Origin: Schmidtea polychroa
Lineage: Eukaryota
DNA: 60,000 nt
Reading direction: 5' to 3'
NCBI GenBank assembly: GCA_044892525.1
Contig: CM097885.1
Coordinates: forward strand, 39,124,001 to 39,184,000
Shown here: piece after piece, positions 24,462 to 38,601 of the stretch
Layout of the letters: each line of letters begins with the position of its first letter
Numbering within the stretch: the first letter of the stretch is position 1
Position numbers and translations under genes: made by a program
The notes under the pieces: model-generated
The model's database searches: none
Told to the model about the DNA's origin: nothing
Seen by the model: the letters and a program-made list of their open reading frames with translations, nothing else

Positions 24462-24876
24462 TTATATATTATGAGGCCTTGGTTTCAATATTATTTTGCC
24501 TGAGTTATCACAACTCATATTATAATCTGCTAAAACCCTTTTGCATCGATCAGCAACAATGTTGGGCAAAATAACCATTTTGTGGTGACCAGAAATAAAA
24601 ATGCCGCATAATAAAAGTACTGATATGATCAACATTGGATGGTGATAAAATGATTGTAGAAATGATCTTCGGTATGTCTCTGAATCAAACAACCAATACA
24701 ATGCACTAAATAACGTCATTAAACCAGTTGCAAATAAAAAAAATGCCCATCGACGAGCAATGGGTTTTAAACCATCAATAATTTCTTTAATTCGGAATTC
24801 AAACATACGCAAATCATCAGTGTGTTTGTTAGTTGATGCCTGTAATAAATAAAAATAATAAGATCTATACATTCAT
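24462..24876 (-). CDS. CNEP1R1: Nuclear envelope phosphatase regulatory subunit 1 (TMEM188/NEP1-R1); 6-nt first exon and 31-nt intron 24870-24840
   Basis: DLRMFEFRI...RW...WLFD...HP...RCKRVLADYNMSCDNSGKIILKPRP matches the family. ATGAAT|GTATAG...TTACAG|GCA. Confidence 0.93.
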
Positions 24877-25194
24877 CAGTTTATAAATTTAAAAATAATT
24901 ATTTGTGTGATTCATAATTAATTAATACATGGGATATTAAATTAAAATTCATTTAAAATTTATATAATACACTAATATATCAATTAAATAAATATTTAAT
25001 GGAATATTTAAACAATTTTACGCAAATAAAATAAACTATGTTCTCAATAATAAATTTTTTTTAAATATCATCATTTGTACTTTTTTTTAAATATTGATTA
25101 AGCACAAGGAATTTCAGGATAAGAGAATATTATAATATTGGTCGCTCTCGTGATAGATGCATAGCAAGCACTGCGTGGCTCTAATGATTGCCAC

Positions 25195-25652
25195 TACCTG
25201 TATCGTAAAAAAACTTATCGTAATATGGGAATTATATCATAAAAAATTCTGTATCGTAAGAAGCAATGCTAATTAATAATTTCTTCTTTTATATTGTAAC
25301 AAGAAATATTAATTAATATCGTAAATTAAAAAACAAAATAATATCCTGCAATATATACTCGGAGTTTATCCGACAGGGTACTGGTCGTACCGGTCATAAT
25401 GGTATTAGTCGTAAGGGTACTGGTCATGTGTTTCTAGAGTACAAAATTCAGACAACCCTGTTTGTCCATTTTGTGGTGAAAACATTGACTTTATCATTAA
25501 ACCTGTCATTTAAATTATTGAATGTTTGAAAAATAAATTTTTAACTTTTACGATATTGGTTGTTTGTTTGAAAAATAAATTTTTAACTTTTACGATATTG
25601 GTCCACTTCTATCTTTACGATATAGGTAAGAAGTCATATTACGATACAGGTA
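25195..25652. mobile_element. MITE-like element with TACCTGTATCGTAA terminal inverted repeats
   Basis: TACCTGTATCGTAA at the left and TTACGATACAGGTA at the right, with multiple subterminal TATCGTAA / TTACGATA copies. Confidence 0.6.
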
Positions 25653-25836
25653 CGGTCCCCCGCTCTAATAAGCCTCTGGGTGACGTCAATTTGCATGTTT
25701 TCTTCCTGCAGTATCTTGCTGACCTTATTGATATCAAATAGTAGATCGTTCCATATTATCAAACACAGTATGAAACGGAATGAAGTAATTTCTTCTGTTA
25801 GCGCGTTTGCCTCAGAGAACGCTTTCGAATCTTAGC

Positions 25837-26097
25837 TAGGGTTGCCAACTCCCACAAGCTCGAACCCTGGAGATTATAAAATCGCGAACAGTATAACGCT
25901 TAAGAAATAATATAACAGGTGTTTTTTCACTTTTTTGGTTTACACATGTTACTAGTATTTAAACATTAAAATTTTAAAAGTAAAAAAACCCTGATAGTGA
26001 CAGATTTACATCTCCCGTGTCATCGTTACCCAGGAGACGGGAGACAAAAGTCGATTCCGGGAGACTCCCGGCAAATACTGGAGAGTTGGCAATCCTA
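25837..26097. mobile_element. hAT-like MITE (TAGGGTTGCCAACTC...GAGTTGGCAATCCTA)
   Basis: 15-bp TIR with one mismatch. No clear 8-bp TSD. Confidence 0.6.
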
Positions 26098-27780
26098 CCG
26101 ACAACAGAGTGGTTATCAAATAAATGTAAGGGTGGCTTGAACCTCGTGCATGAGAGAAAACATGATTACAAAGGTTCTAATCACCTTTACCAGCAAAAAT
26201 ACATAACATAAACATCCTAGAGCATGTAATTGAATAACAAATATTTAAATAATAACAACTAAATCGTCCATATTAGTTCTGTTCGATCCAATCAAAAAAA
26301 GAAAAATTTTGGAATAAGTGTAGATTTTGACTGAAATAGCGTCGGTATATATATATATATATATATACTATTTTATGTGTGCATACATACGTTGGAACAG
26401 TGGGCAACTGATGCAGTAAACCAAATTCGAATTATTTTAAGTCCTATACATTTGATTCATAATATTTATCAATTTTGATGGCGATTTTATCTCAATAATT
26501 TTAATTTTAATTTTTGAATTATGTTTTATTAAATTTGCCTCAATGTACAATATAGGCATTTCCAGAACAATTCATGCTACTTTAATCAAATTTTTATTTT
26601 AATTGCTTTTTTATTGATTCTTGTTTTGATTTTTTGTTATTTAAACCAAAATTTTTATTAGATCGTTTGGCGAACTTGATTGGTTTTGCCACCAAACACT
26701 TTCTATCAAAACGGGTGCTCCTTAAATTCTCGAGTTCCCTGTGCCCATAGGCTTTGGATGCCTTTCGTGACGGCCCTGTGTGTATCAATCGAGTAGTGTG
26801 CGTTGCCATTCTGTAATTTTTATAATTTTGCAAAGGTTGATTTTACAAGTGGCAGCAAATGCGTAATCTGACCACACAAATTAATATAAACAATAACTGA
26901 AAATCACTTTTTTGACTAAATTAGCTAACTAAAGATTTGCTCTCAGTTTTTCTTTTCAATTAACTATATTTGATAAATTTATAGGTCGCCGATTTTAGAA
27001 ATAGCTGTTCCAAAACAATAGAGGAAAGTCACATAATTTTATAAAATTAATAATCAGGTATATAATTCAGATAAAGGTAAAATGATTATTCAAATGGAGT
27101 GAATAGATTTTATTTATAAATTTCTAATTGAAATAGTAACTTATGAATTATAATATTTATTATTTAAATCTTGTTAGTCTAGATAAGTTGGAACAGTATA
27201 AAAACAACTATTTAGTGATGGATGCGCCTAAGTAAATTTAATCGTAGTATCTTTGGAAACAAGTTCATCTTTAACGATTTAAGCTACCGAACACAGTGAA
27301 TGAATAATTTTTTTAAGCTAAGATAACTATAAACCTTATTTTCAACATTTGGTTTTTATCTCACATTGAATAAACAAACTAAAATTTAATTAGCAACAGG
27401 TAAAATATTAAAAAATTAATTAAAAATTTTCTAAAAATTTAATTAAATTTACATATATATTGATAAAATTTATACACTATAAAGCAATAAAAAATTCATG
27501 AAGAATAATATTATATAATTAATTTTAAATTAACAATTAAAATCTCGATATATTATATTTTATATTTATTTTATTTTTCAAATTTATAAAAGTCATATAA
27601 TCCCAGAAGTATGAAAAGAATCTACATTTTTAAAATTACTTTTAGTGGAAATTCCAAAATTAGATGTAAAAACTTTGCAAAATCTTTAAAATTAAAATCT
27701 TTCTTATAATTTGTTTTAATATTGATCATTAAATTTAAAATAATAACTAATTGTTTTTCCCAATTTTTTTTTATAATTAT

Positions 27781-30700
27781 ATGAGTCACAATGTGAGAAA
27801 AAGAAAGTTGTCTATTTCTAATCTCAGTGTTGAAAGTAAAAAAGAAAAGTTAATTGATCATAATTTATTATGGCCAAAGACTGAAAATAAAATCGAATTT
27901 AAGGAGTGCACTGTGATACTTAACGAACTCAAACATGACTTAAAAGATTATTCATTCGAAATCCATTCAATTAATGAAGTAAATGGAAAAGAAGTAAAAA
28001 TAATATATAACTTTTATTATTTTACTTAAAAATAGACTGAACTCGACAGCTGTAAAATTTGTAATACGGAACTGTTAAAGAAATCGATAAAACGTCATAT
28101 GACTTTACATGGAAAAAAAGTTAAATGCGATTCTTGTCAATACTTCTACTCCGAACGTGGATTTTCAAGACATAAATGCGAGAAAACATTTTTCTGCGAA
28201 CCTTGTAACAAGACTTTTCGAAGCAAATATCACCTAGATCAGCACATGAGAGGCCATGCTCAGATTGAAGCTCGTAAACAAAAGGTAAATTGGATATCAT
28301 TTTCTTTAAAAATATAAAGTTAAATAGAATTTTTATTAAATTACATTTTAAACTGATTCATCTGAACTTATACTGAAAAATTATTTGTTCAATTTTATTA
28401 TTTATTATAAATTTCAAAAAAAGCTTTGATTTATTTTTATTCAAATGTATATTTTATATGTATTTTATGAATATCATTAAATTATAACCAATCGGCTTGA
28501 AATGAATGCGTTGTTCACGATTCTTCTCACTAGTGTGTTGAATATATTCGATCATCTACGAAAATTATAGTACTATGAGATATTTATCGAAATATCTCGA
28601 TCATTCATCCTGATTGGCTGTTTAGATATTCTCCCACGTCTCTAGAACAACCGAAGCTGCTTCAAATTACCTCTCTTGACAATGAGTAAATGAGGAATGC
28701 CAATGTTTTTATACACCTAATTCTGAAATATAAGTTTCTATAACACACAGAGAATCAAGATCCCAGTGTAAAAATTGTGATGTTGGTTTGTGCGTTGTTC
28801 CAAGCTTTTAGGGCTTTCACACAAAACTTGATTTTGTGTAGGACTAAGTTTGCAATAAAGTTCATATAGTACATCACGATCCAGGGGGGTGTGTAAGAGA
28901 ATGTGGCGGTTTGTGACATGAGGAGGAGGGGTTCAGGCCTCCTCTTTTTGTGACGTCACACATTTATTTTTTTTATTTTTTAGTAGAATTTTAGAGCTTT
29001 AAAAATAATTTTCAGAAACATTTGAATTAGTTTTTTATCAAAATATGTCAAAATAGCATGAAATGTGTATCTAATGAATAGTTTTTTCACGATTCTTCTC
29101 ACTAGTGTGTTGTTGCGAAGCCTTGTTTTATGTATAGCTTTATTTTGTTCATGTCGGAAGTATTATTATTATTTCTATATTATCCACTGCATAATAATGT
29201 CACTGAGCGAAAAATTCGGAATTATATTTTTACATATAATAAAGACGCAAACTCTCAAATTTGATAACATTATGCAGAGATCAACAGGGGTTTTCACAGT
29301 ACAATGAATTTACAAATAATGCCACTTATACTTTGCCTCACTGAAAATTTTGAAGAAACATTCAGGAGTTCGGGCTCGAGAAAACGTGCCAACACAAACT
29401 GTGATAGTTTGTAACACGGTGAGGGATGGGGTTCAAAATTGTCAAAAATAGCGTGACGTACTTTATGGGCGGCTCCCTATACGTTTCTAAATTTATTGAA
29501 AGTTTTAGTTTCCAAATTTAGTTTATAAAAATATATTTAGAACTTATCACACATATAAAACTTTGCTTTTCAATTTTTTTTCAATATGCTATTTAATTGG
29601 AGTTTTTATGGATTTTGCAATAGATCGAAATATTTCTATCAATTTTTTTATGGTTTTGTAAATAGTTTATAAAATCATAAAATAATTTTTGTAAAATATC
29701 TTTTGTTTTCCTTTTGGTATAGTAAAATAAATTTAAAAATGGATTCTTTATTGGCCAACATGAAAATTAATTAATTGGTTAATATGGTTCACTGTCATTA
29801 ACGTATAAAATCCTACAAATCGATTTCATTATATACCTTTGCTTATGGTTTAAAACGGTAAGTAGATCTAATTATATTTTAATTACTTTTTATTAAAATT
29901 ACAAAAGTTTATACCCCCAAAAAATATGTAAATTTTCAAGACGATTTTACTATAAACAAAAACGAAATCGACTTAGACAAATGTTATGAACGAATGTATT
30001 AAAGCAGATATTAAGTTATAAACAAGTTTTATTAAGGATGGAAATTGGTAAGCTGAAGAGGAGGACGGAAAAATTAATTTTTACTGACGAGCTATGTTAA
30101 GAAGTTAGATATTTTAACTCAAGGAATTGACCGGGAATTTAAGATCTTGAGCATTAAAAAATCTTCATTATTGAAAGATAAGGAGTATCTAACCCCTACA
30201 AATGACATGACAGTAGTTATGAACAATTCATTATTAATGAAGTTAGCATCTGAAGAATGGTATCATTTGAATCATTGAAGTCTATGGAGAGAATACGATT
30301 CAGCTTTTGTATATCAATAACTTGAATTACTTCAGACTTTATTTCAAACAAGGAGCTTCAATAGAATTGCTACACATTTTAAACCTCATAAACGACAAAC
30401 TCTCTTTAGTATACTTCTAAACTTCCAAAAATTAATTTCTAAAACTTTTTTTGTTATATTTTTTAAAATGTCAATTCTTGTGTGAACTTAAACATTATTC
30501 GGGACTTCACTTATCATTTCAGAAAACCAGCTAAATCTTAGGATCTTTCGTAAACTTCATATGCACTTTATGAAATATGTTAATAAATTCCATTTATGTA
30601 GATAGCAGTATTTAATAAAAAGAATATCAACAGTCATAATAGTTAGTATTAGAAATTAATTTTTTAAATGAATCCAATAAAAAAATTATATATTAAGTGC

Positions 30701-32327
30701 CCTGAAACGTTTTTCACACGTAGAAAATGATTTGATGGATGATTTAGGGATTTCGTAGTATTGATAATTTTTTAAAAATGAGTTTGAAAATAGTCTTATT
30801 TGAATCGATATTTCACTTTTTGGTGAGATTGTAATTATTGGTCAATCATATTTTTTGTACTTTGAAGTCCTTTATTTACAATTTTTCATCCTTTTAGCCG
30901 AAAATATTTCCTTGTCCCATCTGTAAAAAGGATATAATGAAATCTAATGTCAAAAGACATGCAAAAATCCATGAAAAAAACGGACCAAAATTGTATATAA
31001 ATAATTCTGTCATAAAAAGAACTTATAACAGAAAAAAGAATTTTATTTGTAATATATGTGGAAAAGATCTCAAACATAAACTTCAATATGAACGACACAT
31101 TCAAGCCCATGAGAAGAAAAGGCAATATCAGTGTGATATCTGTGGAGAATCATTCAAATTTAATGTGCAGTTGATTCGTCATATGAGCCAAGTTCATAGA
31201 AATATTAATTCAAATAAAATCGAATGTACAATTTGTAATAAAGTTAGCATTTTCAGTTCAATCAGAATTAGTTAATGATAATTTACACTAGGAAGTTGTG
31301 GCCATTAACAAACATTTAAGAACTCATGCAAAATGTTCAATATGTTGCGAGATATGTAAAGCCGAACTTCCAAATCGGATAGCATACGAATCACATAGAC
31401 GTCAACATCGACGGTTGGCACTTAAAGGCAAAGATCGGGTTAGTTAGCAACATTTTCCCGTTGTATTATAATGATTATTTTTATTAGCCTGTTGCAGTTC
31501 GAGGCACAAATAAGGAAATCAATTACTTTAAATGCACAGCCTGCACTAGGAGATTTCCAAACGAGGCTGAATTGTTATCACATTGGAAAGAGCACATTAT
31601 GTTCCAGATGCGTTCGGTTTACAATTGTCCATATTGCCAGTACAATAAATCACAATCAATGCTGGAACTGCTCAATCATATGAGTAAAATTCACTTTAAT
31701 GTATCAGGATCGAGTTGTCGATGTGTTATTTGTGCAGAAGTAGCATTTTATTTCCAATAAATGCCTTTAACGTCCATATATTAGGTGATTCCAGTAAAAA
31801 CTATTATAAAACATATGAGTACGCATAAATCATGTGAATATACTTGTGAAGAATGCTCTGAAGATTTCCGTTCTTACACGCAATATAAAAAGCACATCGA
31901 AGACTCACACCGGTTAGAACATATTAAAAAAGTAACGGATTATTTAATTTACACTTTTTTTAATTATGCTGTTATATTATTTTTCCAGAACCAGATTCAA
32001 ATATTAATGGAGAAATATTCAGTCGTAAGACTAAACTATAAGAAAATTCCATGTTTCCTGTGTATATCACATATCAGAATTTCCCACATGAGAAATCATT
32101 TGAAGTCTCACCAAATGTACCATTGCATTCAATGTCAGAAAGATTTTTTAGATTTCCAATCTCTTCAACTGCATGAATTAAAACATGAAAAGTTTTCAAG
32201 TCGTTGTCCGTTATGTTCACAAACATTTATTAGCCATATCAGGCTTTTAGCTCATTTGAAACAAATTCACAAGACTGCCTTTTCTGCATTAAAAGCCTGT
32301 TCGAAGTGCAATATTAATTTAGATTAG
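27781..32327 (+). CDS. Multi-exon C2H2 zinc-finger protein
   Basis: Exons 27781-27993, 28036-28284, 30898-31242, 31292-31438 and further exons to 32327, with GT-AG introns. Many CxxC-x12-HxxxH fingers. Confidence 0.88.
28857..29478. mobile_element. Degenerate MITE (Harbinger-like ends) in the large zinc-finger intron
   Basis: TTCATATAGTACATCACG at the left versus CGTGACGTACTTTATGGGCGGCTCCCTA at the right; internal TTTGTGAC/GGGGTTCA repeats. Confidence 0.45.
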
Positions 32328-32494
32328 AACTGATAAATTATACTTTCTTTCAATATACTTGTGTTTTGTATTAAATAATTTAATTTTTTAATTCTATGTT
32401 TGCTATTTTTAATATGTTTTTCAAATTTCCATTTAGTTTATGTTAATTATTTAAATATGTTTTTAACTATTTTTTATCTTAATAGATCTTGTTT

Positions 32495-33290
32495 TAATAA
32501 ATACACGAAAACACCTATCTTTGAATTATGAATAATATATACTTTTTTGCTTTATCGAAAATTAATTTTTTTGATTAGTCTCTACAAATATAAATTTCTA
32601 ATTCAAATATATCAAATTATTTTTAAAGGCATTTATTAATATTACCTATTTATGCAAGACGATGACAGTTTAGTCATTATCAGATATATTACTGTGGCCT
32701 TTTGTGAATATATATGACATGAAAGTTCAGTGAAAACTAATTATTTTGGGACAAATCCAGTGAACATATTTGTAAAGAATGCTCAGAAGATTTCCAATAT
32801 TTCTCGCAAATTTTAAAAAGATTATTAAATTTTCTTTTTATTAAATTATATTTTTCAAAAATATAATTCAAATATTAATAGAGAAATATTCAGTCCTAAG
32901 ACCAAACTTTAAGAAAATTCCTTCTTTATTAGAATCATTGCATCCAATGCCAGAAAGATTTTTTAGATTTTTAATCTCTTCAATTGCATGAATTAAAACA
33001 TGAAAAGTTTTCAAACCGTTGTCCATTGTGTTCACAAACATTTATTAGCCATATCAGGCCTTTAGCTCATTTGAAACGAATTCGCAAGACTGCCTTTTCT
33101 GCATTAAAAGCTTGTTCGAAGTGCAATATTAATTTAGATAAGAACTGATAAATTTCAATATACTTTACTTGTGTTTTGTATTAAATAATTTAATTTTTTA
33201 ATTCTATGTTCGCTATTTTCGAATTTCCATTTAGTTTATGTTAATTATTTAAATATGTCTTTAACTATTTTTGATCTTAATAGATCTTCG
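32495..33290 (+). pseudogene. Decayed duplicate of NUS1 exon 1 followed by a duplicate of the zinc-finger 3' end
   Basis: 32495-32725 aligns with 38560-38888 with deletions. 32940-33290 is near-identical to 32120-32490. Confidence 0.8.
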
Positions 33291-33951
33291 TCACTACCTT
33301 TTTCAAGTAAATTTGATCATAAAAAAGTGCAGAAAAACATCGATATATTTACTGATTCATATATAGTCAACCTTTTTAAGGAACGTTCGTAAATTACGTA
33401 ACACTTAAGGGGAGGGGTCTAAGATTTTGTTACAAATACAGAGAAAGACAATTTATTACATTTCATTAAAGGTTTTGAAAAATCCAAAAGTGCTCAAGTC
33501 TTGATTTTTATCACCGCCAATCTCATTGGGTTATTCGCCTATGATTGACATAGCTTCAGTTGAAAACGAGAATTTCAAATATATCATTATTTCAAAGTCT
33601 TGCATTCGTCGTTGCTGACATGCCCTATGATAACTGTATCAAAGAAAAATTAAATCTCGCACGTGGTTAAATGTGGAATTTATTTTGCTTCCTTAACATT
33701 TCTCCTTAATCACCGCAAAATACACACAAAAGAAAAATATTTGATATAACAAGAATCCAGCTAAAAAGAGTACCCTAGAAAGGAAATGATGAATTTATGG
33801 TTATAACTTAAGAATCAGTTGGAATTGAAACATATGAATGGATCTACGAAAATTATTTAGACTTGGTCAATGCGATAATCTTACAATCAGGAAATATTTA
33901 GGAAATATTCCAGTAATAAACTTAGATAAACATTTTCAGTGCCTATGAGAG

Positions 33952-36900
33952 TGTTGGGCCAGGAAGGATTATTTTGGTTTTAACTAGGAACCAAATTTTT
34001 TCTGTGTTCAAGCATAAATCCTAATTTTCCTAGAATGAGGACTTTCGCATTGGAAAATGCAATTATAAAATAATCGGCCATTTAAACAATAAATAAATAA
34101 TTAAATAAAGAAAGAATATAATTAAAGATAAAAGTAACCACGTAATAAATAAATTAGAAAACTCAACTAAAATAACTAGTAATAACTAAATAAAGATTAA
34201 AAAACACAAAAATAATTAACTTAAAAACTAAGGAAAACATAAAAATTTAAAAATAAAATAAAATTTTCGCTAAATTACATACCCGCATAATTCCTATTGG
34301 ATAAAGTTTGGGTAAAAATAATATATATATTCGGCCATAAAATTGCATTTTTCAATGTTAATTCTTGTGTGAACTTAGATATTAGTCGGGACTTCACTTT
34401 CAGAAACATTTCAGAAAACCAGCTAAATCTTAGGATCTTTCGTAAACTTCATTTGCAGGAATCATTTGGACGATCGGTAATAGGTTTATTGTAAATTTTT
34501 AGTTTTAATTAAGTATGTAATTGATGGTGCTATTTGTAATATATTGAAAAGTTAAACGTTTTAAAGCTAATGCATTTCCTTTTCTCTCACAACTATATTT
34601 GATAAATGTAATAATAAGTAAACCATTCTCACATTTATTTATCATAAAAAAGAAAATAAAAAGGTCTCACATTGAATAGTTTTAGTTTTGATTTATAATT
34701 GAATTATTAATATTTGAATAATTGAATTGTTTGACTTTTGTGCTGAGGGATTCTAGAAGATTCCCGATGGATAGATACCTCGTGTATTTACCCTGATGGG
34801 GTCTTCGAGAGTCTCCGGTACTATCTAACTTTTGATAGGTTGAAGGATGTTAACAATTGATCTATCAGAGGTGAGATGAATAAAGTTAATATTCCACGTT
34901 GACACATATAACGATCTCAAAACAATGGAAGTCAGGACGAATTATTAGTATTTCCAAGAACAGCGGAACGAGAGATCTCCTGGCAATAGTTTTGAGGATA
35001 TGCATAGATCGTAGATATTCCACCTTTCACCATCTTCAATAATTGAGATTTAAACTAGAACGTTCATAGTTCGTAATAACGTCACCTATTTGACATCGAT
35101 GAAATCTCTAGGATCGCAAAGTTCGATCAGCAGAAAACCCAATGAGAAGTTATCGTAGCGTGAGTAAAGAATCGAGTGTTGAGGTACAACAATTACAACA
35201 TTTGATTTCTTACAGTCTTGCTAGATGATCATTCGTTAAACTTTTCGTTTTCAGACAAAGTATTGTAGAAAATCCAAATTATTATTCGAGTAAACATCCG
35301 GCATCCGCGATAACTTCAACATGACACCGGTTCCATAGAGATAGCCGGTAGCGTCGAGGTTCAGTTCGTCACACTTACTCGCTCGTGACATGGGAGAGGA
35401 ATATAAACATCGGAAGTGTCATGTAATGATGTATTGGTCTCGCGAACGAGGTAAAATAACCATAAATCATTAATTTTCACAAAGCACAATTATAATGCCA
35501 ATGTAGAGATAATGTCAACATTTGTTAGACGGGATACTATTTTCTAGAGCCACTTCTCATAAACAAACGAATGTACATGGTTATATACATGGTCACATTT
35601 ATCTCAACTATCTCCTACCTCGGGTAGGCTACACTTATGGAAGTCGATATAAATTTTAAATTAAATTAATAATTAATAATTTCCCCTTGAAATTTCTTTT
35701 CTGATAAAATTCATTGATATTTGCGTCACCATTCAAACTAGTTATTATCCTGATAAGTAATACGCAGTTATTAAATTGGGTCGACATCCCCCGATTGAAT
35801 CCAGTCGAAGACTTTTTCGATAAAAATGATGAATTTAACTGTAATTAGCGTGGAAATAGTGATGATATTAGGTCGAGCGTAGAATGATGAACCCAACGGT
35901 ATAAGACTTAAGCGACGAAATTGCTGGCATAGAATGCTAATCCAATTGAGTGGAATCAGGGGTAATGCATGTATATGGATTGAATGATGAATGATGAACA
36001 AATTAGCCAAAGGAATAGTGAATGAGTTATCCTAGTACGTATCTTTCAACCTGTAACATGATATAGCTGAAACTGACCTATATTTTTAATGAATTCGTTC
36101 TAGATATGGCCGTTCCGAACGCAAGCAGTTTTACTCTACAACCTTGTTTTTCTTGTGTTGACAAGAATGCGGCGATACGCACCTTACAGACTGAGATCGG
36201 ATATCTGAAAAAACGTATTGACCATCTGGAGGGAACATGGTTCACCCCCATTCAGATGAATGAAGCGGCTCGAACACTGCCGAGACAGTCTCTAAAAAGA
36301 AAGTCGTTCGCAACGTGTTCTTTTGCCAGAACAATCCCGTGCATTACATCAAGTCTGCACTTCTTCTGAACTCAAAAATCGCCTCAATGCGTCTCTGGCT
36401 GCCGATCAAGGGAATATCTTTCTCAGCCACCATTTGAATGGAGGGGCAAGTTCTCCTAAACGGGTTCCAACTCCGTGACATGAGAACAATGTGGACACAC
36501 CGCCAGTCTCCGAAGTCATCTATATCGGCACTAGCGTAGCTCCAGTTACCACCAAGGCGCCTATCGGGCTTCAGTTTCAACTGTCATAGCCGGAAAACCC
36601 AAGCGGAAATCTCGTACGCGAGCGGAGCGAACACAACGTCGACGTGAGAAGCAGGCGGAGTTAGAAGCCGCTTTTGCTGCTTCACATACCAAAGTAGCCG
36701 CTGACATGGTTACTGCGATTGAGTTTACAAAATTTCCACCGTATTGAATTGTGTCTGCTCCCAGTTCCAAAAGAACGGAAGGAAACCGAGCCGATTTTAC
36801 TCTTGAACAGGCCATGCGAGAAGCCAAAGAAGAGGGATTTTGGGAATCTTCTTTTTTTGGAAATCCCCAATGAATCACTCTGTATCGACTCTGCTTAATG

Positions 36901-37431
36901 ACAAACTGAATTGATCATATTGATTTAACTACCCATGACCTGTATGACATGGAATAGCCACCTGTAGTAATGCCAATATATAGTTTGTTGTTTACGTTTT
37001 ATATCTCTTGAATGAACGTGGGATCGTCTGTCTTGAGTCTGATTGGGATGATTGACACTTGATGAGAGTTCAGTAGTCGTGTGGTTATGATTGTGATTTA
37101 AGTTCTCCAACACGGACCAGTTGGATGATAACAGTTATAATTGATGAGAGGTAAGACCTTCTATCGGGACTCTAGAATCCGTACAGGATTGCTATGAGGG
37201 ACTAGTTGTAACGCAGCAGCTAACCTGCCTTATAGGGTTCGCCGACTCAGGGAATGACCAACATGGACGAGTTTCCATGGGCACCTTGTCGTATGATTGT
37301 AAAGTCATGTAGTTATTTCCACCAGATGACGAACAAGAATAGAGCCTGATGAAGAAGGGATTGAGCGACAAACACATGAAGTATCATAGACTGATTGACG
37401 ATTTGAGTCAATGTGAAAGGAATACTCAACA
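33952..37431 (+). mobile_element. Solo giant LTR (~3.5 kb) related to the 44021-48165 LTR
   Basis: Starts TGTTGGGCC and ends ACTCAACA. Same A-rich 5' block, homologous ORF and collinear 3' block (GTAAGxCCTTCTATCGG about 280 bp from the end). No PBS follows; TSD unclear. Confidence 0.72.
36106..36873 (+). pseudogene. Disrupted copy of the LTR-encoded CxxC/coiled-coil 'LEGTWF' protein
   Basis: PCFSCVDKN...LEGTWFTP, then a frameshift. EHCRDSL*KESRSQR and KPKRKSRTRAER continue to align with the 46852 protein. Confidence 0.85.
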
Positions 37432-37714
37432 GGAGAATGAATAATTTTGAAATTAGATAAAATATTGAAAAATGATGAGATAAAATAAAATCAAAATAAG
37501 TTAAACTTGATTTAAAAAAAATTATTTTATCAAAATATAAACTTTAAAAGTTTTGTTATGTTACGCGACAGGGGTAGGGGATTCAAAATTTGTTATGATT
37601 TTTTACAAGGAGTGGCTAAAAAGTCGATTTCTAGCATTGCGTTAATTTATGAACGATCCCTTAATAAATACAATGGAAAAGAAATTTGTGGAAAACTTTT
37701 GAAAAAAAAGTTCT

Positions 37715-38560
37715 TATATTACTGTGGCCTTTTAACAGCAATGTCTTGTGAATATTTACATTATGTAAATCCAGTGAAAACTAATTATTTGGGGGAAAAT
37801 CAGTGAACAATTGAGGTTTACATATGTGCCCATAACCGAAGAAGCCAATGTGATTCAGACTCACGATTTACTGAAACCGAAAACAACTCTCGTCATTGCA
37901 CCTGTTGTCAAAAATCAGACTCTAGTCGTCCTAAGTCCTCCTTAAATAACCACATACATATACAATCACAGTAAACATTTATTGCAATGATGATATTAGC
38001 GTTTATAGATGACTAAAATTCATTCCCAAAATATTCAAACTTTTAGTGGCTAAGAAGCAACTAAGTGTCAATTGTATATCACATGTGATAATTTTTTAGA
38101 TGAGAAATCATTTTATGTCTCACAAAATGTACTATTACATCTAATGTCAGAAAGTTTTTCTAAATTTTCAATCTCTTCAAGTCACTGTACACTAACATTT
38201 ACACAAACATTTATTAGTCATATCAGGATTTTACCTCTTTTGAAACAAATTCATAAGACTGCATTCTTTGCAATAAAAGTTTATTCCAAATGTAATATGA
38301 ATTTAGATTAGAACTGATAAATTATACTTTCTTTCAAAATACTTTACTTGTTTTTTGTATTAAATAATTTTTTTGAACTATAAAAATTTTATTTATTTAA
38401 TTGTAGCTTGACATTTAAAAGTAATTTTTTCCACACAGTGAGTTTATTTTATATTATTCTATGTTTGGTATTTATAATTTTTATTTTCAAATTTCGATTT
38501 AATTTATGTTAATTATTTAAATATATTTTTAACAAGTTTTTATTTAATCGGATATTGTTT
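37715..38560 (+). pseudogene. Third, more decayed copy of the zinc-finger 3' end
   Basis: QTFISHIRILPLLKQIHKTAFFAIKVYSKCNMNLD (38072 ORF) versus QTFISHIRLLAHLKQIHKTAFSALKACSKCNINLD. 37715-37810 matches 32685-32770. Confidence 0.8.
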
Positions 38561-38601
38561 TAATAAATACACGAAAACACCTCTATTTTTGAATTAAAAT
38601 C

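Larger units (their letters stand above)
33380..37660. mobile_element. Harbinger-like non-autonomous element split by the solo LTR
   Basis: TAA-GGAACGTTCGTAAATTACG at the left and CGTTAATTTATGAACGATCCC-TTA at the right. Confidence 0.5.
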
